NCBI GenBank assembly: GCA_004322425.1
Contig: SCVJ01000105.1
Location: 1-9,023, forward strand
Direction: 5' to 3'
From: Chitinophagaceae bacterium
GTDB taxonomy: Bacteria > Bacteroidota > Bacteroidia > Chitinophagales > Chitinophagaceae
DNA length: 9,023 bases
The stretch's first letter is position 1. Every line of letters starts with the position of its first letter. The notes beneath the pieces were generated by a model. That model did no database searches. It was not told the origin of the DNA and worked only from the letters and a program-made list of their open reading frames with translations. The position numbers and the translations under genes were made by a program. Shown here piece by piece: positions 1 to 6,679 of the stretch.

Positions 1-754
1 CGGCGTGGGTCTTCGGGTCGGCGAGCTGGTTCATCGCCATGGTCGCAGCCATGGCTGACTTCTTCGTGTTGCCGAGCACCGAGTTGGTCAAGCCGACGAC
101 GGCGAGCGTGTCGTCGAAGCTGGCGCCGATGAGCTTGGCCGCCCCGATGGTGGGCATGATGGCGGGCTCGAGCTCGCTGGCGGTGAGCCCGAACGCCTTC
201 ATGGAGAAGGCCATCTTGTCGACGAACTTTTGCGCGTCCTTGGACGAGCCCCCGAAGCCAGCGACGGCGTCGGCGAGGAAGCCCGCCGCCTGCGCCCCCT
301 GCATCCCCGTAATCTTGGCGAGGTTCAGGGAGGGCGCGAGCTCGTTCACAGCGTCGTCGGCGTTGCCGGTCTCGTTGGCCAGGGTCGCCAGCGTCTCGGC
401 CTGCTCGGTGAACGAGAACCCCTTCTTGGCGAGGTCGAGGTTCTTCGCCGCGTTGCGGAGCTTCTCAATCTCCTCGGTGGTGCCGCCCGTGAAGGCGCCC
501 GCCTTGGCGATGGCCGTCTCGAAGTTGCCCGCGTGGTACGCGAGGCCGCCCATGGCGGCGAGGCCAGCGATGCCGGCCCCCATCATCTTCATCCCGATGT
601 CCTTGACCTTGCCCCCAGCCTCGTCGAGGGAGACCCCGGCGTCGTCGCCCTTCTTCGACATGACGCCGAGCGACTTGCCCACCTTCTGGAACACGGCAGA
701 GGCCATGTCCTTCGCGGCGACGAGGAATCCCAACCCCTGGTTATTAAGAGCCAT
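1..754 (-). CDS. Tail tape measure protein, N-terminal part (TP901-family-like core); continues beyond the left edge of the window
   Basis: Absent from the supplied ORF track because it is edge-truncated. Manual minus-strand translation from ATG at 754..752 is open for 251 codons to position 2. It reads MALNNQGLGFLVAAKDMASAVFQKVGKSLGVMSKKGDDAGVSLDEAGGKVKDIGMKMMGAGIAGLAAMGGLAYHAGNFETAIAKAGAFTGGTTEEIEKLRNAAKNLDLAKKGFSFTEQAETLATLANETGNADDAVNELAPSLNLAKITGMQGAQAAGFLADAVAGFGGSSKDAQKFVDKMAFSMKAFGLTASELEPAIMPTIGAAKLIGASFDDTLAVVGLTNSVLGNTKKSAMAATMAMNQLADPKTHA. The Ala/Gly/Lys-rich helical pattern resembles the tape-measure core region. Its position after sheath, tube and chaperone genes is the canonical one. 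Confidence 0.8.
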   Translation of the reverse strand, partial: MALNNQGLGFLVAAKDMASAVFQKVGKSLGVMSKKGDDAGVSLDEAGGKVKDIGMKMMGAGIAGLAAMGGLAYHAGNFETAIAKAGAFTGGTTEEIEKLRNAAKNLDLAKKGFSFTEQAETLATLANETGNADDAVNELAPSLNLAKITGMQGAQAAGFLADAVAGFGGSSKDAQKFVDKMAFSMKAFGLTASELEPAIMPTIGAAKLIGASFDDTLAVVGLTNSVLGNTKKSAMAATMAMNQLADPKTHA

Positions 755-788
755 GGTGCCCCATTGTTCCCGTGGTATGGGGTGGCTT

Positions 789-1346
789 ATGCAGGTCGAG
801 CGGTGGGTTCCTGTTCCAGGCTACGAGGGCGTCTACTCCGTGTCCGAGCTCGGCAACGTGCGCGTCGAGGTGGACCGCCACAACATCAAAGCGGGGAAGC
901 ACCTTCGACAGACACCCGACCGAGACGGCTACCTGTCTGTCACCCTCAGCGCCGACGGCAAGAGGCAGAAGTCCCACCGGGTGGCGCTCCTGGTTCTGGC
1001 TGGTTTCACGGGGCCGTGCCCGCGTGGCTACGAGTCGAACCACAAGAACGGAAGACGCAACGACAACCGCCACGAGAACCTTGAGTACTCGACGAAGGCC
1101 GAGAACGTGAAGCATTCCATTCAAGCGCTCGGTCGGGATTACCGCGGAGCGAAGAACCCCAGCGCGCGCTTGAGCGAAGACCAGGTGGTCAGCCTTCGGC
1201 ACCGCGCGGCGAGTGGTGAGAGCTTCACAGCGCTCGGCGAGGCGTTCGACGTGAGCAAGACGATGGCGCGTCTGATTGCTACGGGGCGCGCCTGGACGAA
1301 CACCGGCGGTCCCCGCGTTGAGCCCCCCGGCAAGGGACGACGGTAG
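789..1346 (+). CDS. Free-standing homing endonuclease: NUMOD4 motif + HNH (HNH_3-type) nuclease + C-terminal helix-turn-helix; the only convincing plus-strand gene
   Basis: This is the C-terminal 185 aa of track ORF 39..1346, starting at in-frame ATG 789 (MQVERW). WVPVPGYEGVYSVSELGNVR fits the NUMOD4 motif. SHRVALLVLAGF...NHKNGRRNDNRHENLEY fits the HNH_3 signature. NPSARLSEDQVVSLRHRAASGESFTALGEAFDVSKTMARLIATGRAW is HTH-like. The upstream 250 codons of the track ORF are antisense to the tape measure gene. Alternative starts at 777 or 753 are possible. Confidence 0.9.
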   Translation: MQVERWVPVPGYEGVYSVSELGNVRVEVDRHNIKAGKHLRQTPDRDGYLSVTLSADGKRQKSHRVALLVLAGFTGPCPRGYESNHKNGRRNDNRHENLEYSTKAENVKHSIQALGRDYRGAKNPSARLSEDQVVSLRHRAASGESFTALGEAFDVSKTMARLIATGRAWTNTGGPRVEPPGKGRR

Positions 1347-1365
1347 GTTCAGTGCCATCGAGCAC

Positions 1366-1686
1366 CTACTTGCGTCGGTGAGCGGCGTTGATGGCGCGTG
1401 CCTCGCGTTCGCGTTGGGTCTGAATGCGTTCGACGAGCCATGAGAGCTCGGAGAAGTCTAGCTCAAGCGTGTCCAGCCAGGAGCATTGAAGGTGCGACCC
1501 CCCGTGCACCCCGTACGCGACCTGGAAGCGCGCTTCGAGAAGGTCCTCTGGGTCGAGGGGCTGGAAGAGCCCCCAGCCCCCTATTCGTGGGTCGCCGTCG
1601 TCGTCGACTTCTTCTTCGCCCTCGGCAGGAAGAAGTCGCGACCTAAAGGGAGCGAGACCTGCTGAACGGTGCCGCACTTCGGGCAC
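1366..1686 (-). CDS. -1 frame extension of the tail assembly chaperone (gpGT / E+E'-like C-terminal domain), probably expressed only as a frameshift fusion
   Basis: The ORF is in the -1 frame relative to 1581..2354 (codon starts are 0 mod 3 versus 2 mod 3 on the minus strand). It overlaps that ORF by 106 nt. The track start is a GTG with no evident SD. The slippery heptamer lies inside the overlap. The gene sits immediately upstream of the tape measure gene in operon order. Confidence 0.6.
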   Translation of the reverse strand: MPEVRHRSAGLAPFRSRLLPAEGEEEVDDDGDPRIGGWGLFQPLDPEDLLEARFQVAYGVHGGSHLQCSWLDTLELDFSELSWLVERIQTQREREARAINAAHRRK

Positions 1687-2354
1687 TCGACGTCGATGTC
1701 CGTGGAGACGCCGCCGTCGGCCTCGTCGAAGATGTCGAGGAGCCGCATGAGCTCGCGCATCTCCATGTTCTCGAGGTACGCGCGCTTGAGTGCGGGCTTC
1801 TTGGAGTCGACGCCCTCAATCTCCAGGATGCGGGCGGAGAGCGCGGCGACGATGAGCTGGCTCTGGCTGGCGCGCAGGATGTTCGCAGCGGCCATCTCCC
1901 CCGCCCCGTCTTGGAGCTTGAACCAGCACTTCAAGCCGTCGTCGAGGGTCGTCTCGAACTTGTTCTCGCCCGCCTTCAGGATGTCGATGCTGGACTGCGG
2001 GAGCTCCTTCACGGGCAGGTCGCTGAGGTTCAGCTCCCACTCGATGGTCTCGCCGCACATCCCGTTCTGGCACTGGACCTTGAAGCTGTACTCGTCGCCG
2101 TACGTGGCCGCCCGAATCTTGAGCATCGTCCAGAAGCGGTCGCAGACCAGCACCTTGCTCCAGTCGACGGGGCCACCGTTGAGCCAGGAGTAGGGGCCGG
2201 GGTCAACCGTGTTGAGCCAGCACCCGGCAAGGATGCCCTCGAAGGCGATGCCCTTCTTGAGGGCCACGCGGTCGGCGAGGAGGTTGGCTTCCTTTGCTTT
2301 GAAGCCCCGCACCTCTCCCTTGAGGGAGCTGGGGCACGTGATGATTGTCGGCAT
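1581..2354 (-). CDS. Putative tail assembly chaperone (gpG / P2 gpE position), unusually long (257 aa), with two Cys pairs
   Basis: Clean 257-aa ORF with SD GAGGG 7 nt upstream of the ATG. Its position directly after the tube gene and before the tape measure gene is that of the chaperone. It overlaps a -1 frame ORF. It contains CQNGMC (res 95-100) and CPKC (res 224-227). The function rests on synteny and frameshift architecture, not on a recognised motif. Confidence 0.6.
   Translation of the reverse strand: MPTIITCPSSLKGEVRGFKAKEANLLADRVALKKGIAFEGILAGCWLNTVDPGPYSWLNGGPVDWSKVLVCDRFWTMLKIRAATYGDEYSFKVQCQNGMCGETIEWELNLSDLPVKELPQSSIDILKAGENKFETTLDDGLKCWFKLQDGAGEMAAANILRASQSQLIVAALSARILEIEGVDSKKPALKRAYLENMEMRELMRLLDIFDEADGGVSTDIDVECPKCGTVQQVSLPLGRDFFLPRAKKKSTTTATHE
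1605..1638 (-). promoter_or_regulatory. Hairpin downstream of the slippery site (possible frameshift stimulator)
   Basis: On the minus strand, CGACTTCTTC (1638..1629) and GAAGAAGTCG (1614..1605) are perfect 10-bp complements separated by a 14-nt loop. The stem starts 5 nt (GGTCG) after the heptamer. Confidence 0.45.
1644..1650 (-). promoter_or_regulatory. Candidate -1 programmed ribosomal frameshift slippery heptamer C CCT TTA (X XXY YYZ)
   Basis: The minus strand reads CTC CCT TTA GGT in the zero frame (L235 P236 L237 of the 257-aa ORF). Slipping -1 gives CCC TTT then AGG, which is exactly the frame of ORF 1366..1686 (APFRSR...). Confidence 0.5.
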
Positions 2355-2420
2355 GGTCTAACCCTCGTGCGGTAGGGCGGAACGAAAGCGGCGGGAAGTA
2401 GAGAGTGACGGTCCCTACTC

Positions 2421-2879
2421 CTACGCCTTGTCGAAGAAGTCGTACGTGAGCGTGACCGACTCGATGACGTTCTCGTCGGCCTCGTTGTCCCACTCGCCCG
2501 CCACGAACTTCGTCGGCCAGGCGCCCGTGAGCCGCCAGCGGCGGAGCGTCTTGCCGTCGCGGTCTTGCTGCACGATGTCGAGGTTGCGCTTGTATTGCGC
2601 GTCGACGAGGCCGGAGTTCGCGGCGATGTTCGCCACCTGCTTCAACCAGTTGAAGAGGTCCTCGTCCTTCGTTGCGCCGCGCTCGAGCGTGACGTCTGAG
2701 AACGTGGCACGCCCAGGGCTCTTGTCGGGGATGAGCGAGCCTCCCTCGCTGTACTCGACCTTCGCAATCTCGACCGACAGCTCCGAGCACTTCTGGAAAC
2801 CAGTGTGCGCAACGCTGTCGATTTCGATGATGAACTTGAACTTCTTGTGGAAGCTCCTGGGCTGCCCAATGACCGCCAT
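2421..2879 (-). CDS. Tail tube protein, T4 gp19-like (conserved phage tail region protein family)
   Basis: 152-aa ORF with SD AAGGAG 7 nt upstream of the [37 protein letters not shown]...FSDVTLERG...DLFNWL...W.L.GAWP.KF..GEWDNE...[11 protein letters not shown] matches the characteristic gp19-like tube pattern. It lies immediately downstream of the sheath gene. Confidence 0.9.
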   Translation of the reverse strand: MAVIGQPRSFHKKFKFIIEIDSVAHTGFQKCSELSVEIAKVEYSEGGSLIPDKSPGRATFSDVTLERGATKDEDLFNWLKQVANIAANSGLVDAQYKRNLDIVQQDRDGKTLRRWRLTGAWPTKFVAGEWDNEADENVIESVTLTYDFFDKA

Positions 2880-2905
2880 GGTTCGTTCTCCTTACCTCGG
2901 CGACC

Positions 2906-5167
2906 TTACGCCGCCAGCTCCTCTTCGAGTGCTCGCGTATCCTGCGAGAAGCGCAGGACGATGAATTCGGCAGGCTTGTTCGTTGCGATGCCGATGCGCC
3001 CGATGAGCTGGCCAGCGAACTGGACGCTCGGCGGGTTGAGGGCATCGCCGAAGTCCACGAAGAAGGCGGTGTTCGGGTCGTTGGTGCGGAACGCACCGTT
3101 CTTCATCTGGATGAGCAAGAACGTCTGCACCGTTCGAGCGACGACGTTGCGGAGGTTCTCGTTGTTGTTCTGGTGACGCGCAAACTGGAGACCGGACTTG
3201 ATGCTCTGCTCGATGAAGATGGCGCCGCGTCGCTCCGCCACCGTCGGGAAGTTGCCGTTGCCCTTGAGCGTGCGTGCGCCGTCGATGTGGCGGGGCGCCC
3301 CGGGGAAGACCGTGAGCGGGTTGATGCGCTTCGGGAACACGAGGTCCCGCTTCGCCTCTTCCAGCACCTCGTCGGTCTCGAAGCCCAGCACGCCGAGGAG
3401 CTGCCCGTTCTCGATACCCGCGGGGGGCACGTACACGCCACCCGGTCGGCTGCCATCGATGCGCGAGTACACGCCTGCGATGTGGCCGGAGGGCGGGACG
3501 GTAATCTGGTCCGAGTTGCCGAACACCGACTTGCTCGGGTTCAGCACCTTGACGCGCGGCCAGTAAGCCGCGCCGAACTCCGAGAGGCCCAGCACCGCGG
3601 CCGTCGTCTCGAAGTAGGTGATGATTCCCGTCGCCGACTGATTGGCGGGCGGGTCGAGGACGGCGAAGACCTGCTTGTCCCGCGTGACCTCGGTGTAGGT
3701 GAGCATCGCGTTGTGCACCGCGCTGGTTGCGCGACCAGGAACGGCGAGCAGCGAGAGGTCCTGCACCGTGTCGAGCGTGCGGATGCCCGTCTTGCCGTTG
3801 GCCCCGCTCGCGCCGGTGAAGTCGGTGTCGGCGAGGCTGGTGAGTCCGTCGTTGCCACCCGAGAGGAAGGCGGAGACGACCGGGGTCGTGTCGTCGCCGT
3901 CCGGGCGGTCGCCGAGAACGGTGCCCGTGTTCGCGTCGAGGTCGACCGCGGCCACGAGCTTCGAGCCACTCGTCACGTGGTTGACCACCGTCTCGACGTA
4001 GTTCGTCGCGGCGTCGTCCATCGTGAGGTTCGGGAACACCTCGACGACGAGACCGTTGAGCAGGATGCTCAGGTTGAACTCTGCCGCGGTGCCCGACGTG
4101 GCGCTGGTGATGCGCGCCTTGATGCCGTGTGCGTACGTGCCGTCGTACTTGCCCTTGATGCGGAGCGTGGCAACGGCTGCGCCGGTGCCGCCCGCGTGGA
4201 CCGCGTTGTCGAGGCCGAGCTCGTCGTCGGCGGTGGACGAGGCGTCGACCTGCACCGTGGCGCCTGCACCCGTCGTGTTGCGGGTGATGCGCACGCGGCC
4301 CGCGTCGTTGGTCACGGTGATGCCCGCGACCGCTGCCTCGACGATGGTCTTCACTTCGGCGACCGTCACGGCGTCGATGTTGGCGACGTTGCCGGTACCG
4401 TTGTTGACCGCGGTGTTGAAGGCGAGCCCGACGTTGGCCGAGCCACCCGTGACCTCGATGCTCGAGGAGGTGCCGCGCTTGTCGCTCGTGATGGTGACCT
4501 TGGTCCCGCCCGAGGTGACCGTTGCCTTGGCGCCGCTGAGCTTGGCGTTGATGACCGCGGCGACTTCCTCAGCCGTCGCAGCACCGATGCTCACGAACTC
4601 CGCCGTGAGGAAGGTCACGGTCTGCGCCGGGGCGCCGTCGACCTTGACGGTCAGAACTTCGTTGTTCGCCAGGACGAAGGGCTCGGCGTTGCCAGACTCA
4701 CGGAAGCCGGCCGTCGCGTTGAACGTGGCCGTCGTGGGCGAGATGGCGTCGGTGTCGACGACAAGCGTGTCGGCGGGCTCGAGGTCGAACGGGCCGACCA
4801 CCGTACCGAGCACGGTGCCACCGAACGGGGCAGCCGAGTCGGAGAGGAGGTCCACCTGCGCGGCGGCAGACGTCTTCGTGGAGGGGGTGAGGATGTCGGT
4901 GTAGTGCACCGTCCTCGTCACCCACGCGGTGGTCCCGCCGTTCGTGAAGAAGCCGTCCATCGCCTGCGCGAGGTCACCGTTGACGGTGTAGCCCCCGAAG
5001 ATGTTGACGTACTCCTCGAACGAGGAAACGAGAGTGGCAACCCCTACCGGCCCACGCTCGGTCACGCCGACAACCCCAAGAACTGCGGTGGGGACGCCCG
5101 CTACGTTGCGGACGCGGGGCTCCTCTTCGACGATGACAATCTTGGACGCGAGCAGTTGGTTGCTCAT
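2906..5167 (-). CDS. Contractile tail sheath protein (753 aa) with a large internal insertion
   Basis: SD AAGGAG lies 9 nt upstream of the ATG. The N-terminus ([27 protein letters not shown]) and the C-terminal region ([28 protein letters not shown]...[20 protein letters not shown]...[24 protein letters not shown]...[11 protein letters not shown]) fit conserved sheath subunit domains by recognition. The tube gene follows directly. Confidence 0.95.
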   Translation of the reverse strand: MSNQLLASKIVIVEEEPRVRNVAGVPTAVLGVVGVTERGPVGVATLVSSFEEYVNIFGGYTVNGDLAQAMDGFFTNGGTTAWVTRTVHYTDILTPSTKTSAAAQVDLLSDSAAPFGGTVLGTVVGPFDLEPADTLVVDTDAISPTTATFNATAGFRESGNAEPFVLANNEVLTVKVDGAPAQTVTFLTAEFVSIGAATAEEVAAVINAKLSGAKATVTSGGTKVTITSDKRGTSSSIEVTGGSANVGLAFNTAVNNGTGNVANIDAVTVAEVKTIVEAAVAGITVTNDAGRVRITRNTTGAGATVQVDASSTADDELGLDNAVHAGGTGAAVATLRIKGKYDGTYAHGIKARITSATSGTAAEFNLSILLNGLVVEVFPNLTMDDAATNYVETVVNHVTSGSKLVAAVDLDANTGTVLGDRPDGDDTTPVVSAFLSGGNDGLTSLADTDFTGASGANGKTGIRTLDTVQDLSLLAVPGRATSAVHNAMLTYTEVTRDKQVFAVLDPPANQSATGIITYFETTAAVLGLSEFGAAYWPRVKVLNPSKSVFGNSDQITVPPSGHIAGVYSRIDGSRPGGVYVPPAGIENGQLLGVLGFETDEVLEEAKRDLVFPKRINPLTVFPGAPRHIDGARTLKGNGNFPTVAERRGAIFIEQSIKSGLQFARHQNNNENLRNVVARTVQTFLLIQMKNGAFRTNDPNTAFFVDFGDALNPPSVQFAGQLIGRIGIATNKPAEFIVLRFSQDTRALEEELAA

Positions 5168-5181
5168 GTTCTACGTCTCCT

Positions 5182-5562
5182 TCAGCCCCTTCGGGTCCTC
5201 ATCCTATGCTCTCCCGATGGTGCGGTCATCGGCGTGGTTTTCTCTGGCGTCGACTGAGCTTGCGGCTTCGCCGGTGCCTTTGGCTGATGTTGTATCACCC
5301 TCAGGGTGCCGCGGTCGATGGCCGCCTTTACGTCGCGGACCTGGAGCACCTGGTCCGGCATCTCCTTCGATTCGCCTGCCAGGAGGGTCAGGGACCCGGC
5401 GAGCTTGCGCTCGATGTGCCTGACACCACGGGTGCCGTCCGGTAGCTCCTCGGTGAGCTGCGTCGTGATGGCTTGGCAGCCACACTCGGCCTCGGTGCAG
5501 AACTCCTTGTGCGGGAGGTTGAAGACTTCGATGCCCTTCTTGCGGTTCGTCAGCGTGACCAT
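5182..5562 (-). CDS. Hypothetical protein (126 aa) between the putative tail terminator and the sheath gene
   Basis: SD AGGTGA lies just upstream of ATG 5562. The ORF is tightly packed, starting 7 nt after the upstream stop and ending 14 nt before the sheath ATG. Its composition is sensible, unlike overlapping shadow ORFs 5204..5569 and 5206..5445. It has a Cys cluster (FCTEAECGC) and a Pro/Lys/Ala-rich basic tail. No family was recognised. Confidence 0.65.
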   Translation of the reverse strand: MVTLTNRKKGIEVFNLPHKEFCTEAECGCQAITTQLTEELPDGTRGVRHIERKLAGSLTLLAGESKEMPDQVLQVRDVKAAIDRGTLRVIQHQPKAPAKPQAQSTPEKTTPMTAPSGEHRMRTRRG

Positions 5563-5569
5563 GGTTCAC

Positions 5570-6661
5570 CTAGCCCGGGCTCGGTCCGGGCGGTTTCCCC
5601 GGTGCGAGCTGTTCGATGGTAACTCCGCCGGCTCCTGGTGCGGGGGCAGGGCCGGGCGGGATTGGCGGTGCTGGCGTGACGCCCGGCACGCTGCCGAGGA
5701 TGATAGGCGAGGGCAGTAGACCGTCGACGCCAACGGTGCCGCTCGGAACGACGTCCACGAGAGCCGCCGTCTGGACTTGCGCCATGTCTGGGTCGTCGAT
5801 GTCGAAGCCACGAATCGCGAACGTACCAGAGAAGTTTCGCACGTTCGAGTTGTTCGGTCCGCCCTGCACGTCGAAGTCCCCATCGGGCTCAATCTCCATT
5901 TCGTACTCGACCTGCTCGCCATTGGGCAAAGCAACGTCGCGCGGTATCCGAAGCACCTTGTTCCGCTGGAAGAAGCCGACGGTCTCCTTCATGAGGTTGA
6001 GCAGTCGAGGGGTGCTGTCGTCGACACCGATGAGCGTGAACACGAGGTCGACCGTGTAGGGCGGTCGAAGGTCCTGGTATTGCCCACCGCCCAAGCTCCG
6101 CACGCGCGGTTCGTTCATCGAGAAGAAGCGGTTCTCCCTGAGCGCGGGGCCGGAGAGCACGAGGCCGGGCAGCGTGGAGAGCATGGCCACGTTCGCACCG
6201 CTGGGGCTGTCGTCGTAGTCGGTGTGGACGGTGAGCTCCACGTTGTCGACCACCTGACGGCGCAGCTCGAGGATGAGGTTGCGCACGAGGCGCGTGAAGT
6301 CGCTCTCGTTCGTCGGCCCCGTGTTGAGGTCAGGGCGCGCGAAGGTGAAGGCACCCACCGACGTGACCGTCTCGGCACCAACGAGCACGCCGTTCTGGTC
6401 GATGTTGCGCACCACCACGTCGACGAGGCCCGCGTCGTGGATGGGCGTGGTGACGTGGAGCAGTCCGGTGGTGAGCACGCGGACGTCGGTGCCCTTCACC
6501 CCGCCAAAGAGAACCTCAACGCTGGGGTTCGGCGGTGTCGTGACTCCGAACGGTGCGGGTGCGGGCGGTAGCTGGAAGTTCGTGCCTGCGATGGCGACGA
6601 GCCGCTTGCCCCCCGTGAGGCCCGCGTTGGGCGTGACGCTGGAGATGGTAGGGACCGGCAT
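5570..6661 (-). CDS. IPT/TIG (Ig-like) domain fused to a DUF4255/Pvc16-N-like domain; putative tail terminator / sheath-proximal neck protein
   Basis: 363-aa ORF. The N-terminus is IPT/TIG-like: PTISSVTPNAGLTGGKRLVAIAGTNF...VEVLFGGVKGTDVRVLTTGLLHVTTPIHDAGLVDVVVRN. The central part loosely resembles DUF4255 proteins of contractile systems: FTRLVRNLILELRRQV...LPGLVLSGPALRENRFF...RPPYTVDLVFTLIGVDDSTPRLLNLMKETVGFF. The C-terminal tail is Pro-rich. It lies upstream of the sheath gene. Confidence 0.6.
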   Translation of the reverse strand: MPVPTISSVTPNAGLTGGKRLVAIAGTNFQLPPAPAPFGVTTPPNPSVEVLFGGVKGTDVRVLTTGLLHVTTPIHDAGLVDVVVRNIDQNGVLVGAETVTSVGAFTFARPDLNTGPTNESDFTRLVRNLILELRRQVVDNVELTVHTDYDDSPSGANVAMLSTLPGLVLSGPALRENRFFSMNEPRVRSLGGGQYQDLRPPYTVDLVFTLIGVDDSTPRLLNLMKETVGFFQRNKVLRIPRDVALPNGEQVEYEMEIEPDGDFDVQGGPNNSNVRNFSGTFAIRGFDIDDPDMAQVQTAALVDVVPSGTVGVDGLLPSPIILGSVPGVTPAPPIPPGPAPAPGAGGVTIEQLAPGKPPGPSPG

Positions 6662-6679
6662 ACCGGCCCCAAGCCTACT

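Noticed and set aside
741-750. AT-rich patch TTATTAAGAG as a -10 element for the HNH gene
   Set aside because: It is simply codons 2-4 of the tape measure gene on the other strand. No convincing -35 lies at appropriate spacing. The host promoter consensus is unknown.
39-788. N-terminal 250 codons of the 435-aa plus-strand track ORF (39..1346)
   Set aside because: This part is exactly antisense to the well-supported tape measure reading frame. It is Ala/Ser/Pro-rich with no recognisable motif. The NUMOD4 motif, which normally sits at the extreme N-terminus, begins right after ATG 789.
744-1358. 204-aa minus-strand ORF covering the chaperone to tape-measure gap
   Set aside because: It is antisense to the HNH endonuclease, which has clear catalytic motifs. 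It is Arg/Ala/Val/Leu-rich shadow-ORF composition. It is not in frame with the tape measure start at 754.
2394-2421. Imperfect hairpin (GGAAGTAG ... CTACTCC) right after the tube stop codon as an intrinsic terminator or attenuator
   Set aside because: The stem is only 7 bp with a bulge and no U-tract follows on the transcribed strand (CGCCGCTTTCGTTCC). The downstream chaperone and tape measure genes need read-through. It is at best a weak attenuator and I cannot support it.
2203-3096. 297-aa minus-strand ORF spanning the chaperone start, tube gene and sheath end
   Set aside because: It is out of frame with three well-supported genes and crosses two intergenic regions that contain strong SD sequences. 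Its composition is Arg/Pro/Ala-rich junk.
3173-5257. 694-aa plus-strand ORF (plus 3198..3566, 3699..4001, 4023..4904, and minus out-of-frame 3103..3456, 3541..3969)
   Set aside because: These are antisense or out-of-frame shadows of the sheath gene. They have extreme Arg/Gly/Asp/Val or Ser/Thr/Pro/Arg composition typical of high-GC non-coding frames. The sheath frame carries recognisable conserved domains.
2421-6661. Interpretation as an extracellular contractile injection system (PVC/Afp-like), tailocin or T6SS rather than a phage
   Set aside because: The gp19-like tube, sheath and DUF4255-like protein also occur in eCIS loci. However, the same operon has head-tail joining type genes, a TP901-type tape measure preceded by a frameshifting chaperone pair, a homing endonuclease and tRNA-like genes. 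That combination favours a true myovirus or prophage. A tailocin cannot be fully excluded, because no capsid or terminase genes lie in the window.
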